From: Oculina patagonica
Lineage: Eukaryota
DNA: 64,000 nucleotides
Assembly: GCF_052425735.1 (NCBI RefSeq)
Contig: NC_135759.1
Span: 32,922,001-32,986,000 of the forward strand
Direction of reading: 5' to 3'
Below, one piece after another: positions 11,801-23,620 of this stretch (position 1 is the first letter of the stretch; every line of letters starts with the position of its first letter). Position numbers and translations under genes: made by a program. The notes below the pieces were generated by a model. It was not told where the DNA came from. It did no database searches and worked only from the letters and a program-made list of their open reading frames with translations.

Positions 11801-14800
11801 AAATCTTTTTGGGGGATTGTTGGCAGCTTGTTCTTGGCCAGCGGTCATTACCTATCTTAGTTTTACCATTACACATATACTTGTACATGTACCGGTATAT
11901 CTTAAATATTTTTAATTGTGTATGTTTGTTACTTTTTCAGTTAGCACATCCTGTGCTGCAGTCCCTCAAAGGAACAGAGCATGGATGGCTAATCGATCTT
12001 CTCTTTGCCTTCAACAGTGGTATGTACAACTGAAATAAATTCCTTGTTAGCTGATACATATTTACATTACATTGTAAGTAAGTACATGTACAGTAGCATT
12101 GATAAGCATCACATGAAGTAGTGTGTGTAAATTTATGTATTTGTCAGAGCTTTGTTGATAATGAGCTTTCTCAAACTTATGTCACGTTTTACGTGTACAT
12201 GTACACTAGCTCTGAACCAGTCTGTTGTTTTGCAGGTGACTTGGCAAAGTTTGAACTCTTGAGACCTCAATGGCAGAAGCAGGTACTTCATGTAAATTGC
12301 CATAATTTTATGTTGTGGCTTTCATTGTACATGTAATTTTGATTTGATTTTTTATTTTTCATTGTCTTATATTTATTATCATTATCTCAGGGCTGCAAAT
12401 AGTTTTTTTCACTTGAAAGTACAATGTCCTACTGAGACACCATCGTGGTCGTACAATGCAAAATTATTGTGGTCAGACATCACAAAAAACAAAAGATTGA
12501 ATTTTATTTTAAAAAAACTGAGCTATCACTTGCCTAGCAATCTCTTGGGAGGTGCGGTGGCCTAACGGTTAGGGCGCTGGACTCCGGATCGAAGGGTCCG
12601 GGTTCGAGACCTGGCTGGGGTCATTGTGTTGTGTTCTTGGGCAAGACTTTTTACTCTCATAGTGCCTCTCTTCACCCAGGTGTATAAATGGCTACCGGCG
12701 AATTTAATGCTGGGGGTAACTCTACGATGGACTAGCATCCCATCCAGGGGGGAGTAGAAATACTCCTAGTCGCTTCATGCTACAGAAACAGGGATAAGCT
12801 CCATCCTGATGGGCCACTAGGCTCGTATGCAGACTTTACCCTATACAACATAGCCAGTAAGCCTTGAAATACAATACACTACTACATTAATTTTATTACA
12901 TGTGATGGTGCACATTACCATATAGAGTCAAAAGATGACCATTACACAGCCATTTATAACCAGTGTAGTAGAAAACTGAATTGGGAAAAAGTCTTAGCTG
13001 CTTATACCTGCAGAAAAAAAGTTACCACTAGAGAACTAACTTTTCTTAGACACTGTGAGGGTTGTTTACAACCCTGCTAGCCGTGTACTACATCTGGTCG
13101 TGGGAAATCATGATTAGTTTCTACCAGCACATACATTGAGAATATTGTGTATCATGTCTAGTGGATATAATTAGATCAATTTTAATTTGCTGTTTTACAG
13201 GCCGACTTAAACCGCAACTACAAGAACCTGAGACAAAAGATCAGCCTGCTTTGCTTGATGGAGGTCTGTTTTTTGTGCAATTTCTCTTGCTCTTGCAGTA
13301 ATTCCTTGTGTAAATAAGTGTAAATAAGGTTTCATGCTTTTTGAATTAACAATCATTTCGTTTCTTTCTTGCAACAGTTGACATTCAAAAGGCCCTCAAA
13401 CGACAGAAACCTTACATTTGAAGTGATAGCAAGAGAAGCACAGTTACCCCTTGAAGAGGTTGGTAAAATAATGAATTACTACTGAACATCCTACACAGAC
13501 ATTTCTTTTGTCACCCAATCACTGACATGAGTGTCAAGCTAAGTGCTGCTAAACTAATTTATTGTATTATGGTGGTTCAACTTTTCCTATGCTTTCGTTT
13601 GGGGCTTGACCGTTCCCTCCCCCTCCCCTCTCCTCTGAATGGTCTAGAGAGAAGTGACTGAAGACTGAAAGGCAAAAAGTGGCTAGCTCAAAAATCCAGT
13701 AAGAGAAATACATGCAAAAAACTAAAGAGAATGCTTGGGTTTGAATCAGACTACATGTAATCTGCTTCTGTTTCTTCATCACAGGTTGAGCTTCTTGTAA
13801 TGAAAGCTTTATCCCTTGGCTTAGTAAAAGGTAGGATACTTTCTATATTATATGTATTTAATCCCGGGGGGGGGGGGAGGACTCCCATATGAAAGAGACG
13901 GGGTGCTCGTCATCTCGCTTAGGGGTGTAAATTTCGGATTTTCGTCTCGCCGGTATATTTAGCCACCAAGGTCCCGTTTAGAGTTGCATGCAAAAAACTA
14001 TAGAAATATATCAGTTCTAATGGTATCTTTTAGGGGTCAAAAAAGCGTGAGTAACGCCCAGATTGGTCTCTTTTAGGGGTTTAATTCAAAATTTCATCCA
14101 ACGAGCATCCCTGTCCGTTTGATATGGGAGTCCCCCCCCCCCCAGATTTATTCAAACATTGTTTTTGTTTTGTGTGTTTGACAAGCAGTATGCTTTACTG
14201 TAAAGTCATATTTTTGCTACCCCTCTGAACGTAAAACATTTTATGTAATGCACGAACAAGCCGGAAATAGAAGAAATTACATTGTTTTTACTTTTATCAT
14301 TACTTAGTATTTATTTTTTATCCAGGCAACAAATTTGCGACAAGTTAAACGTATTCTCCATTACCCTTCTAGATAAAAATAAGTGTCACAATCACTTGAC
14401 TGTCAAAAAATGTTTCATTTGTCACCAGGCTCCATTGACGAGGTTGAACAGATGGTTCACATGACCTGGGTACAACCACGAGTACTGGACTTGAATCAGG
14501 TAAATGTAAACACCTTTAATTCTGCTGTGCGTGTTTTTGTTTCCGCAAAGGAGATAATAGTTGTATAAGGCAGTGTGAAAAGCTATGATTAGTTGGGGTC
14601 ATGAGTTTTATGCTTTAATGGAGATGAACTCTTTAACATCAGTTGCATGCACATCTTAGACCCCGTCCACGCTATTCCAGATAAAATTGAAAAGGCATCT
14701 CTTTTTCTCCGGATAGGCCAACCGTCCACAGTAACACGGAGTTTTCTGTCACCAAAAACGATCGTTTTCAAATTTATCCGGATTATGTGGACGGAAGACC

Positions 14801-15130
14801 TTTTATCCGTTGACAAGGCAAATCAAATCTCCGTTTTTAAATTTATCCGAATCGGTGTGGACTAGGCCTTAGGTTCACGAGCTCTTTCTAATTCAACTTC
14901 TGTTGTAAGAGTCCATAAATTGTTTTTGTTGTTGAGATAATGAATAGCGTTCCAGCCTTCATCATGCAGCTACACGTAGTGAACCCACATTGAAGACACA
15001 AGTGTGTTGACGTTCCTTTGCTTGTTTTCTATAGATCGCGCACATGAGGGATCGTTTATCAGAGTGGTGTGATAAGGTCAAGACTCAAGTGTACTCTGTT
15101 GAAGACCAAGGTCCCGAGCTGCTGGTGTAA
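5803..15130 (+). CDS. PSMD13: 26S proteasome non-ATPase regulatory subunit 13 (Rpn9), complete, 16 coding exons, 376 aa
   Basis: Exons 5803-5897, 6860-6938, 7345-7379, 8564-8619, 8746-8789, 8971-9057, 9638-9733, 10188-10263, 11480-11559, 11941-12019, 12236-12282, 13201-13263, 13378-13458, 13785-13830, 14429-14499, 15035-15130. All introns are GT-AG and the exons sum to 1131 nt in frame. Motifs [54 protein letters not shown] and [10 protein letters not shown] are diagnostic. Confidence 0.97.
10352..10742 (-). mobile_element. Kolobok-like (TTAA) MITE, decayed copy of the element at 42468-42857
   Basis: Starts TTAA|AGGGACC and aligns along its length with the reverse complement of 42468-42857. 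The right end is truncated. Confidence 0.75.
12547..12842 (+). mobile_element. tRNA-derived SINE with CORE-like central domain
   Basis: A-box (GGTGGCCTAACGG) and B-box (GGTTCGAGACC) head, followed by TTGGGCAAGAC...CACCCAGGTGTATAAATGG and a tail ending GCAGACTTTACC. Confidence 0.85.
13863..14143. mobile_element. MITE with poly-G/poly-C terminal inverted repeats
   Basis: CCCG(n)AGGACTCCCATAT...GCTCGT at the left versus ACGAGC...ATATGGGAGTCC(n) at the right. Confidence 0.75.
14659..14868. mobile_element. PIF/Harbinger-type MITE
   Basis: TIRs GACCCCGTCCAC / GTGGACTAGGCC flanked by a TTA duplication (14656-14658, 14869-14871). Confidence 0.75.
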
Positions 15131-15161
15131 ATAAGGCTTCTCTACTGTCATAATTGTGATA

Positions 15162-15167
15162 AATAAA
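15162..15167 (+). terminator. Probable PSMD13 polyadenylation signal
   Basis: AATAAA about 30 nt downstream of the stop codon. Confidence 0.5.
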
Positions 15168-17942
15168 GATTGTCAACGTTTTGATTGTTGCTAGATGTCT
15201 AATCTGTCTACATGGGTAAAGGGTAGGGGAGTGCAAAAGCAAGAGTCGGGTTTCCTGCCCAGCAAGATAAACGGCCAATACCATTTTCTGCCTGAATTTT
15301 CCGCTCGGAGACTAAGCACCAGCTTTCGGTGTAAGAATGATTTCTCCACTTCCGGTTTTGATTGTACCCGAACATCACTTGCTATTCTATTCCTTTCAAG
15401 GGAACATGTAAACTAACAAATGAGCCGGTCATTTGTGAGTTTACATAGAAGCCAGTGAAGTAAGGCTTGCCCGCAATTCGCCACTTTAGAAACGAGAAGA
15501 AACTGAGCGAGTCTCGGCTGGCGGTTGCTTGTGGGATCGTTACTCAGGACAGTATGGCTTCTTATCTTTTTGTCCCAGCAACGTTCCCACAAGCCACTGT
15601 GCCTCAGTCATCGTATTGGTAAATGATCATTAGTAAATGAGAGACTTGAGCTATACGATAACTCTGGTAATTCACCCAATGAGTTGTTAACAAAACCTGC
15701 CATTTGCATGTCAGGAGTTTTGAGCCACCTCGTCGCCAGTTTTCTTGTTGCATAGAATATGCTGTAGCGACCTTTGATACAAAGTCCCTGGTCTCAATGG
15801 TCCAGGCTTTCGTTTCTGAAAAAATTTGCACTCGATTCCTCTTCGTTCAGATAATTGGCCCATTGATGGGCTAGTACTCCAAACCAACAATCAGTGCGAG
15901 TATTTGCTCAAGAAAGTTTCCCGCTTGCTATGCATTCTTGAAGTTGTGCTCAGACAAAGATTGTTACGTAGAATCGAATGTTATTTACAAAGCGCATGTC
16001 TAAAAATAGTCGTTTTTTTCCGACGCAATTGTTTTGAAAAATTTCGTTAGCTGCGCGGGTGACTCAAGAAAATGTTGATGCTAGAGAGGCATTTTCTACG
16101 TTGTTTATTGCAGGTTTCCCAATAAACATTCTTTGAAAGAGCACGTAACGTAAAAACATCACACAGGGTTGAAACAAAACAATTTACGTTCGATCAAACA
16201 AAAGAATTGCGCGCTCTCTGAGAAATCGATGCAAAAAGAACATAGAAAGAGATATACATTGGTTGGCTAACAGTGTTTAAGCAGTTTGTACATTACGAAA
16301 GCAAAACAGGAGGATTTGTGCTGGAAGGCGATTGAAAAAGCAGGCAAATAAACGGCAAAGTGTAAGTAACATGATTGTTGACTTTAACGTCAAAAACCTT
16401 TGTTCCCGAAAAAGCTTTCAACTCTAACAATATAAGGAGGAGCAATTTGTTAAATTGCTTCTCTAACTTCGTAACGTCTTAGTTAAATTTGTATTATATG
16501 AATGAAGTGTGTGTTAGTCTTTTAATGGTACTCTGCGAACTATTTAAATAACACATTCATTAAACTGCCTTTAGTCTGATCTTATTTAACGGAAGACAAC
16601 TAAAATGATCAGTGTACCGCCCAACGCGGTACAGGTTGAACCGTGAAAGGCTTTTTGAGATAGTTGGCTGCGTTTTTCTGTGGATATTTCGATGACAAGT
16701 AAATGTATGTGACCGTAATATCGAAAATTCTCCTCACAGGTTGCAATTGATTGTTGATGGTTTGTAACGCACGTGCGCGAACTCACGAGTCAGGACATCA
16801 ATGTCAAGACAATAGTCTTCATTTTAACGATCCTTATCAACGTTATGGTTTCTACTTGCAGCTTTCTTCGATTTCCGATTTGGAATTCCAATTCGCTTCT
16901 CGACATATGATATATCATTTGATTCTACGTTTAAATTTAAAGATATACTTTCTTAGATTTGGTCGTTAGTTTTGGCTGCATGTTTGTGCTGTAAGTAGCA
17001 GTTAAACTTCACCCTGCTTTTCAGTCTTCGGATATGGAAGTCTATTCGGTTAATAAGATGTTGTTCTTAATGTTCTTTTTTTCTCTATATCACTGCTCCG
17101 TTCTGCAGTCGTGCTCAGAAAATACTTATTGCTATAATTTTAATTTATTTCTTTATGAGGATTAGCTTTATTATAAAAACACCGTTATGCTTCGAATTCT
17201 AGTAGCAAGTAAAAAAAACACTTGTTAAATAAGGTATTTCGAATTGAATCGACATTGTGACGTTCCTGGAACTGAAACTGAATCTGACGTTCTACCTACT
17301 ATTTCGTTGGACGTACGTCACAGCAATCGAAACAAGAAACGTCAGCCTGACAGACAGGGTCCATTAATCTTACCAACTAGTATTCAAACCAGTAACAACT
17401 TGAAGTACAAGCCGATGTGACGGTTTATGTATACTGCAGTGAAATTTACTTAATTGCACCGTTGGCAATCTACCCGTTTTGGACAATTTGGTTTGTTTTT
17501 CGTTGTATACGTGATCACGTTAATCCTTAGACTCTATATAGGTCGAAAGCGAACTCTATTCTCATAAAGACGATTTTGCAAAAGATGAGAAATTCACAAG
17601 TCTATTTATTTGCCACCTCCACTCAGTAAAGTACAAATATAGCGCAAAACGTAAGTTATTTGTCATGAAAGCCGAACTGTCGGTTAAACAGGTTTAATAG
17701 TTATATTCCTTCTAGTTATCTTGACCGCGTGGAACCCAAGCAAAGTTCAAAGTTCTGATTTTTAGAAAAGAAAAACGTCGGACTATAAATTCTTTCTAGA
17801 CACTTGTATTGTTACTCACCTCTACCATCAGCTAAAAATACGAAACGACTAGTAAAACTATGCGGCGATACTACACACTTAAAACCTTATACGATATGTT
17901 TATTTTGCTCCTTAACAGCGATGTAGGCTGTGCAGTCCCATA

Positions 17943-18796
17943 ATGCACTCGTCGATTTGGGGCTCAGTTCTCGTCATTCTTCTCTTGCTCCTTGCGGTAC
18001 AGTATGGCAACGGTAAGCAAGTAACACTTCCGTGATTTTTAGCATGACAGAACGTAGTTGTAATTCTCTTGTATTGTTATTTAATTCTTGATAATCTTTC
18101 GGGCCCTTTTCAAAGCCTACACTTTGTGTCGTAGGGACCAGTTCACGAAGATTGTTGTCATTATAACGTTGTTCTTTCATTAGGCAAAACGAACGCTCAA
18201 GAAAAGGACCTCGTGGACTCCGATGGTGAAGAGGTCGAAGAGGAGAGAGAGTCTCAGAGGGTAAAAACGGCACATACAATTAAATTCTTACATAAGCTTA
18301 TATTACACTGAAAAGGTTATCATAATAGGCCCCATTATAATACGGGTAAGAACCGATGTTTGGGTGAAACTTCAGAGGTGAGACTTTAATTAGCGGTGCA
18401 CCTTGAAAAAAATGCCCAATTTTTTTTTTCAAGTATGTCTTTAAAAAATCCGTTTTAATCTTCGACATTTGTATTCATCCTTGTTTATTTTAACATTTTC
18501 TCAATTTGAATGTAGTTTTGCACATCAACAATTTCTTACAATATCGCAGCGTTTGACATCATTACTTTTTAACTTTACAGTCGGAGATCCCTCGACACCA
18601 CCGCAGCCGTGAAGCACACGCCCGTCATAACAGGAGAGCCGAGCGAGGCCGCTACCGATCCGTTTTAGCTGTAGGCGTGGGTTGTGCAGTGGCCGGCGGC
18701 TGGATTTGCTTGGCAACAGTTGTTTATGTGGTGCGCTATCTTCGCGCCAAAAAGAATGCGGGTGCACGTGATTCTTCGTCTGAAAACTTGCTGTGA
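17943..18796 (+). CDS. Gene D: small (120 aa) type-I single-pass membrane protein with no globular ectodomain; not in the ORF track
   Basis: Exons 17943-18012 (MHSSIWGSVLVILLLLLAVQYGN, signal peptide), 18184-18260 (acidic linker) and 18581-18796 (SEIPRHHRSREAHARHNRRAERGRYRSVLAVGVGCAVAGGWICLATVVYVVRYLRAKKNAGARDSSSENLL*). Canonical GT-AG, 363 nt in frame. Upstream TATA-like motif at about 17535 and UTR-exon donor GTAAGT at 17651. Confidence 0.8.
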
Positions 18797-19841
18797 TTGG
18801 TCAATTAAGAGGAAGAACGAAACAATGATTTCAACATTGAATTTGCTGGAAACTTTACAAGATTCATCATATTTTCACGGTGATACCGAGAGTTAAACAA
18901 ACATAAAATGTATACGTTACCTAAGGCCCGCTTTGATTTTTCCACTTTGGCTAAGCGTTTCGGTTATTTCGTAAATGTACTATTTCAATGGGTAATTGAA
19001 GCGAAGATAACATAATTTTCGATAATTGGGATATGAAAGTTTCAACTTGGCTCCGAGGCTTTGGGGAATAAAACAAAGAAATTATTCATTCCACCCTCGA
19101 CCCGTCGATGAGATATATTTTTCTTTATTCCCCGGAGCCTTGAAGACAAGCTAGAATTTTAATATATCGAAATGGGCCTATAATTGAATAAGAGAAACTA
19201 GCATAAAATGTTCCAGTCGTATAATATCTTGTATGTACATATTTACTATTTATAATATTTAGTTCAAAATGATTCCCACGGAAGAGTGATAAGACATTTT
19301 CAGAATTACTGAGAAAGGAAGCATTTTACAAATATGATCAGTCAAGGTTGCATAGATGTTCTGGATTATTTAATACAGAGCTATTTCAGGAAATGTTGTC
19401 GGGAATTGCTTACGCCTCGACGGCACCGAGTGAGTGATAATCTCGGTATTCATAAGATTAATTTTGCATATTGGTGGAAAATAAATCGCCAAGTTCTGCC
19501 CTCAAGAAATCTTTTGTTTTTGAAGTTTTTTTTTTCATTTTCTCGGGAAATTGGGATGTTAGAAAATTCTGCTAAAAGTTTGGCTGAAGGTAGCGTGTTT
19601 AAAACAAAACGGACTCCTTATTTGGTTAATCTCATTAGTGTTTAGCTACCCCTTTCCACCTTTCGGGCTGGTCGTAAAGGCTTTAAAAAGCTTTCATTTA
19701 ACAACCTTTGTTGAAATAGCTGTGTGTAAATGTTACCAGAAGTTCAGGATTATGAACTTTTGATGTTACCGAATATATATTTCTTAACATGGATTATCTC
19801 ATCCTATTATTAATACATCCATATACGGTGTTGGTTTAAAG

Positions 19842-19856
19842 AATAATAATAATAAT

Positions 19857-19915
<59 letters not shown>
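19842..19915. repeat. (TAA)n microsatellite
   Basis: About 24 TAA units with one interruption. It explains the poly-Leu ORF 19856-20044. Confidence 0.95.
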
Positions 19916-19919
19916 GAGT

Positions 19920-20426
19920 CTTGGTTTTAGGCCATCGTAATATAATAAAAATATAACACAAACAGCGGTGATAAACATTATGAAAAATCGCATTTTTATA
20001 AACTTGACGTTTCGTGCTTTAAGGCCCTCACTAAATGTGACCATCCATCAGCTATTGCTGATCACATAAAAACCACAGGCCATAACATCAAATGGGATCA
20101 TTTTGAAATCCTTGCGTCAGGCAAAACTGACCTCCACTGCAAGATTAAAGAGACCTTATACATTCATGAACTACAACCTTCTTTAAATGCCAATGTCGGC
20201 AGTGAGAGGTTGTTACTTTATTAACCTAAATGTAAATATTAAGTTACTGCTGAAGATCAATTGTCTCAGTCTAGGTTCCAGACCCCTTTAATAACAATAT
20301 ATAAATAGTTGCCAAAATTTTAACGGTCTTACTTTTGAAAATGTATGTAGCTTAGCATACGAAACGTCAAGTTTATAAAAATGCGATTTTCATAATGTTT
20401 ATCACCGCTGTTTGTGTTATATTTTT
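19920..20426 (+). mobile_element. 5'-truncated Penelope-like element: GIY-YIG C-terminus plus pseudo-LTR with an inverted partial copy
   Basis: 20018-20224 reads FKALTKCDHPSAIADHIKTTGHNIKWDHFEILASGKTDLHCKIKETLYIHELQPSLNANVGSERLLLY*. A ~70-bp inverted repeat pairs 19946-20015 with 20359-20427. A 12-bp flanking duplication AATAATAAGAGT lies at 19908-19919 and 20427-20438. Confidence 0.88.
20331..20372 (+). ncRNA. Minimal type-I hammerhead-like motif with variant core (UUGAAAA)
   Basis: Stem I ACTT/AAGT, core TTGAAAA in place of CTGANGA, stem II GTATG/CATAC, GAAA, palindromic ACGT stem III, GTC cleavage triplet. It lies in the Penelope pseudo-LTR. Confidence 0.55.
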
Positions 20427-21069
20427 AATAATAAGAGTATGTGGTTTCCACCTGCGTATTCGTTGAAAGTGAATTGATTGTGTAAGTGTTATAATTGTGT
20501 GTCGATTTCGTTCATAATTAATGGAGAGTATGAGAAAGCAAGACGTTGCAGATCGAACTGAAAAGAACTGCAGAACATTGTCATGTGACGCACGAATCTA
20601 CAAAAAGATTCAATTAGATAAATTACTCCCTGGTAGAATAGCTGTAGTTATGCGAAACAGTATGATAGGTGAACGAACAAATAAATTTTGAAAGAAAATA
20701 TTTGTTTCTGATTTGCACTTTGTGCTTGGGTGGCGAGTGGGGGGAGGGGGGACACGTTAAGGAAGCTTAGGTGGTGGGTTCCGCTGAAGTCTTGTTTGAG
20801 ATAAGGCACCTTATTTTGTAATGTAACTCTGTTTAAGAGGACAATCCAGGTATTACATGTTGTTAAAAAAATATGTCGTTCTGTTTCTATCAAGACCTAC
20901 CGAACGCCTTGTCGCTGACGGAACTTAAGTTACAAAGGTAATTTGACTTCTGATAGTACAGTAGCTGCAGACATAGCCTGTTCAACATTTACAGCGAAGA
21001 ATCTCGAGGCAACCCTGACTGGTTAAGAGTTACATCGCGAGAAATAGCCCATGGAAATTAGGTAATGAA

Positions 21070-21380
21070 CGTTTATTCGTTTGTCTCACGATAGAATCGC
21101 TTTGAGATGTTGATCGCGACGTTTCGACTGCAATACTGCTAGTCTTCATCAGGCGATGAGGTCGATTGTTTACGCGTCGCTATTTATGCACGTTGGTTCG
21201 CTGTGATTGGTGCATTTCGATCCTCATTATTGTTCCGACTAACAGATGATGTTCCCTCATAGGTCCGCTTTGTACTGGTGTAGTTGAACGGCTGTTATGC
21301 TTTCTGATCGTAGGTATCCATGCTTCAGGAATTTCAATTCCGCTATCTCTATTGATGTTATTAGAATGAAGTCTTATTTG
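21070..21380 (-). mobile_element. Penelope-like element 3' remnant (second family)
   Basis: The minus strand encodes IRLHSNNINRDSGIEIPEAWIPTIRKHNSR, a GIY-YIG C-terminal tail, followed by a pseudo-LTR with a hammerhead motif. Confidence 0.8.
21113..21157 (-). ncRNA. Minimal type-I hammerhead ribozyme
   Basis: Minus strand reads ATCGC-CTGATGA-A-GAC(TAGCAGTATTGCA)GTC-GAAA-CGTC-GCGAT: complete catalytic core, stems I and II, palindromic stem III and GUC site. Confidence 0.8.
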
Positions 21381-23620
21381 GAAATTGTAATCATTTCATT
21401 AAAAAAAAAACAGTACGCCGCACCTCACTCCGATGGGCCAACAACATTGTAAGCTTCTATGAGATATTAGACGAACAATCAAAAACCTTGTATGTTGCTA
21501 GTTTTAATAACAACCTTTTTGTTTTTCTAACAACAGTTTGTTGCTAAACACTTCTTGAATGACAGCATTCATATCTGCATACCCATGTTATCATGGTGTC
21601 ATAAGGATTCGTCACTTGGCAATTACTGTCCAAACTTGCGGGAAGTCTTCGAGAAGGGTATCAGCAACTTAATGCCGGTTTGCAAAGCCAACTGGACAGA
21701 CGAAGGTTTTCAATTTGTGCAACGCGCACGATCTAATATAATCCATGAGTGGATAGCAAAGAGGAATGGGCTTTGGACTTGACAATCGGGGCTCGGAAAT
21801 TCAACGAATGTCGATTTCGCTAGATCATCGTTGACGCATCCGAAGAGTTTCCGAAGGCTGTTGTCCGAGCGAAATAATGTTAACACTATGTTGTGGCAAG
21901 CCCTTGTCACCTCAAAGATACGTCACATCAGTTTAGCAACATCACTGCGAAAACCTCTCGGGCTCAGCGTGAAGTCTGATATAGAGCATTTCAACCGAGT
22001 AGGGTAACTGATCGCCCGGATGAAGCCAGCTACACGCAAGAGACTACTTCTAAACGCCAAGCATGTCTGTTTACAGGAGATTTTTGTGCGATTTACAAGG
22101 TGATATTAATGACACATTTACTGTTGCAATTCATTCTATAGACATTGTTACTGTCATAACATACCAGTCGTCACTGGCAGGTACTATTCTGCCCTCCGTA
22201 CTGCGCACGCTCTAGGTTCAATTTATTAGTAATGGTCTCTAGGGAGGTGAGTGACTTCATCTTTGACTGAAAACTCTTCAAAAATCGCGGATTTTCTCGG
22301 TAAGTAAATAGAGATTTTCATGATTTAGTTCATTGTTATTGATTGTAAAGCAACGCTTGTTAGATCATGCAAAACGTTAACTTAAAACCTCAAAAATATT
22401 GTCAACAACAGTATGGTCCGTGATCGCGCGCACAAGTCGTGTAAGAGTTTGCCAGTCGGCTGAGATCAACACTTTGATTTTTTGTTAGACAAGAGAGTAC
22501 CTATCATAAGTTTCCATTTAGCTTCTCTTTGGAGGAAAAAACCGAAATGGTTAAAGAGAATAAAGATCAAAAATACACAGCAATGTAAACTACGAATATA
22601 ATTTTGACATTGTCAAGTTCAGTTGAGTTGTTATTCTGGTGCCTTATTCACGGTTCGTTGTACAGCTACATGTTTTTTTTTTCAGTTTGTAAACAGTTTT
22701 ACTGCGTTTTTAAAAAACAATTTTAAACTCAGGGAGCTTTGAGTCATTTTAATTTTTAACAACTATTTAAAAGCCTCGCGAAATCTGTAAAATGGAATAA
22801 CATGTGCTTATGTTCCGGAAAATTGATTACAAACATCCAATACAAAACGTAATAACACAATCATCTTAATTGGCCAGTTTAAGGGAGCGTAAAATAAGAA
22901 TTGAGATTAATTACGCTTACATGAATTTCGCTTCATCTGGTGCACACCTCTTATGAGAAGGTCAGTTTATTTCAAAAAAGGCTAAGTTGGTTAAAGCATC
23001 GCAACCTTGGATAAACGGCCGAAAAACCTGTTTGATCTGGGCTGTCTTGTTTAGATAGAGGTTAGGACAACCGAAATAAAAATTGCTTGAAATGATAGTG
23101 TAAATGATTTAGTAAACGGTATACCATGTTTCCAGTTTTACGCCCAAATACAGATCGCGACTTTTGTGAATGTATGCCAAATGATGAGTTGAGATTTTGG
23201 TCACCGAAACTCGGTAAGGCTTGTCTTCTGGGGTTACCTTCAGTTCGTACATATTAGAAGACATCACCTAACGTTCTGTAAGTTATATAAGTTACAGGGT
23301 TAATAATCATCGCACAGAATACGCTGCACAACATTATTCCCTGCGTTTGCAAAACTTGGTGCGCACTCGACTTCTACCTGCAGAGTGTGTATGTGTGGGT
23401 GGGACTGTGGCGAGACCTTCCACCTACCGGGCATGCAGGGGAAGGGAGAGAAAGAGGGACTGTAGGACAGTCTTAGAGCAGAACATGGCTGCATGGTTAT
23501 TATTGAAGTACATTAGAAAAAATATTCATTCTGTTGTAGTTATATGAGTGATAAAAAGGGTTCTGACGCTTTCCTTTTGGCTTCTCTTTTATCTGAATAG
23601 ACGGTGGGGACAACGAAGAC

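Noticed and set aside
15200-15900. Coding-like composition downstream of PSMD13
   Set aside because: Stops in the frames I translated and no recognisable homology.
17820-17831. 12-nt minus-strand microexon-like pattern (TTTTTAG|CTGATGGTAGAG|GTGAGT)
   Set aside because: No partner exons were found, and it lies antisense in gene D's first intron; likely chance.
19856-20044. ORF with poly-Leu
   Set aside because: Translation of the (TAA)n microsatellite and the Penelope inverted repeat.
21555-21990. Faint integrase-like words (VDFA, IIVDA) and short ORFs
   Set aside because: They are in different frames and too short to support a call without a search.
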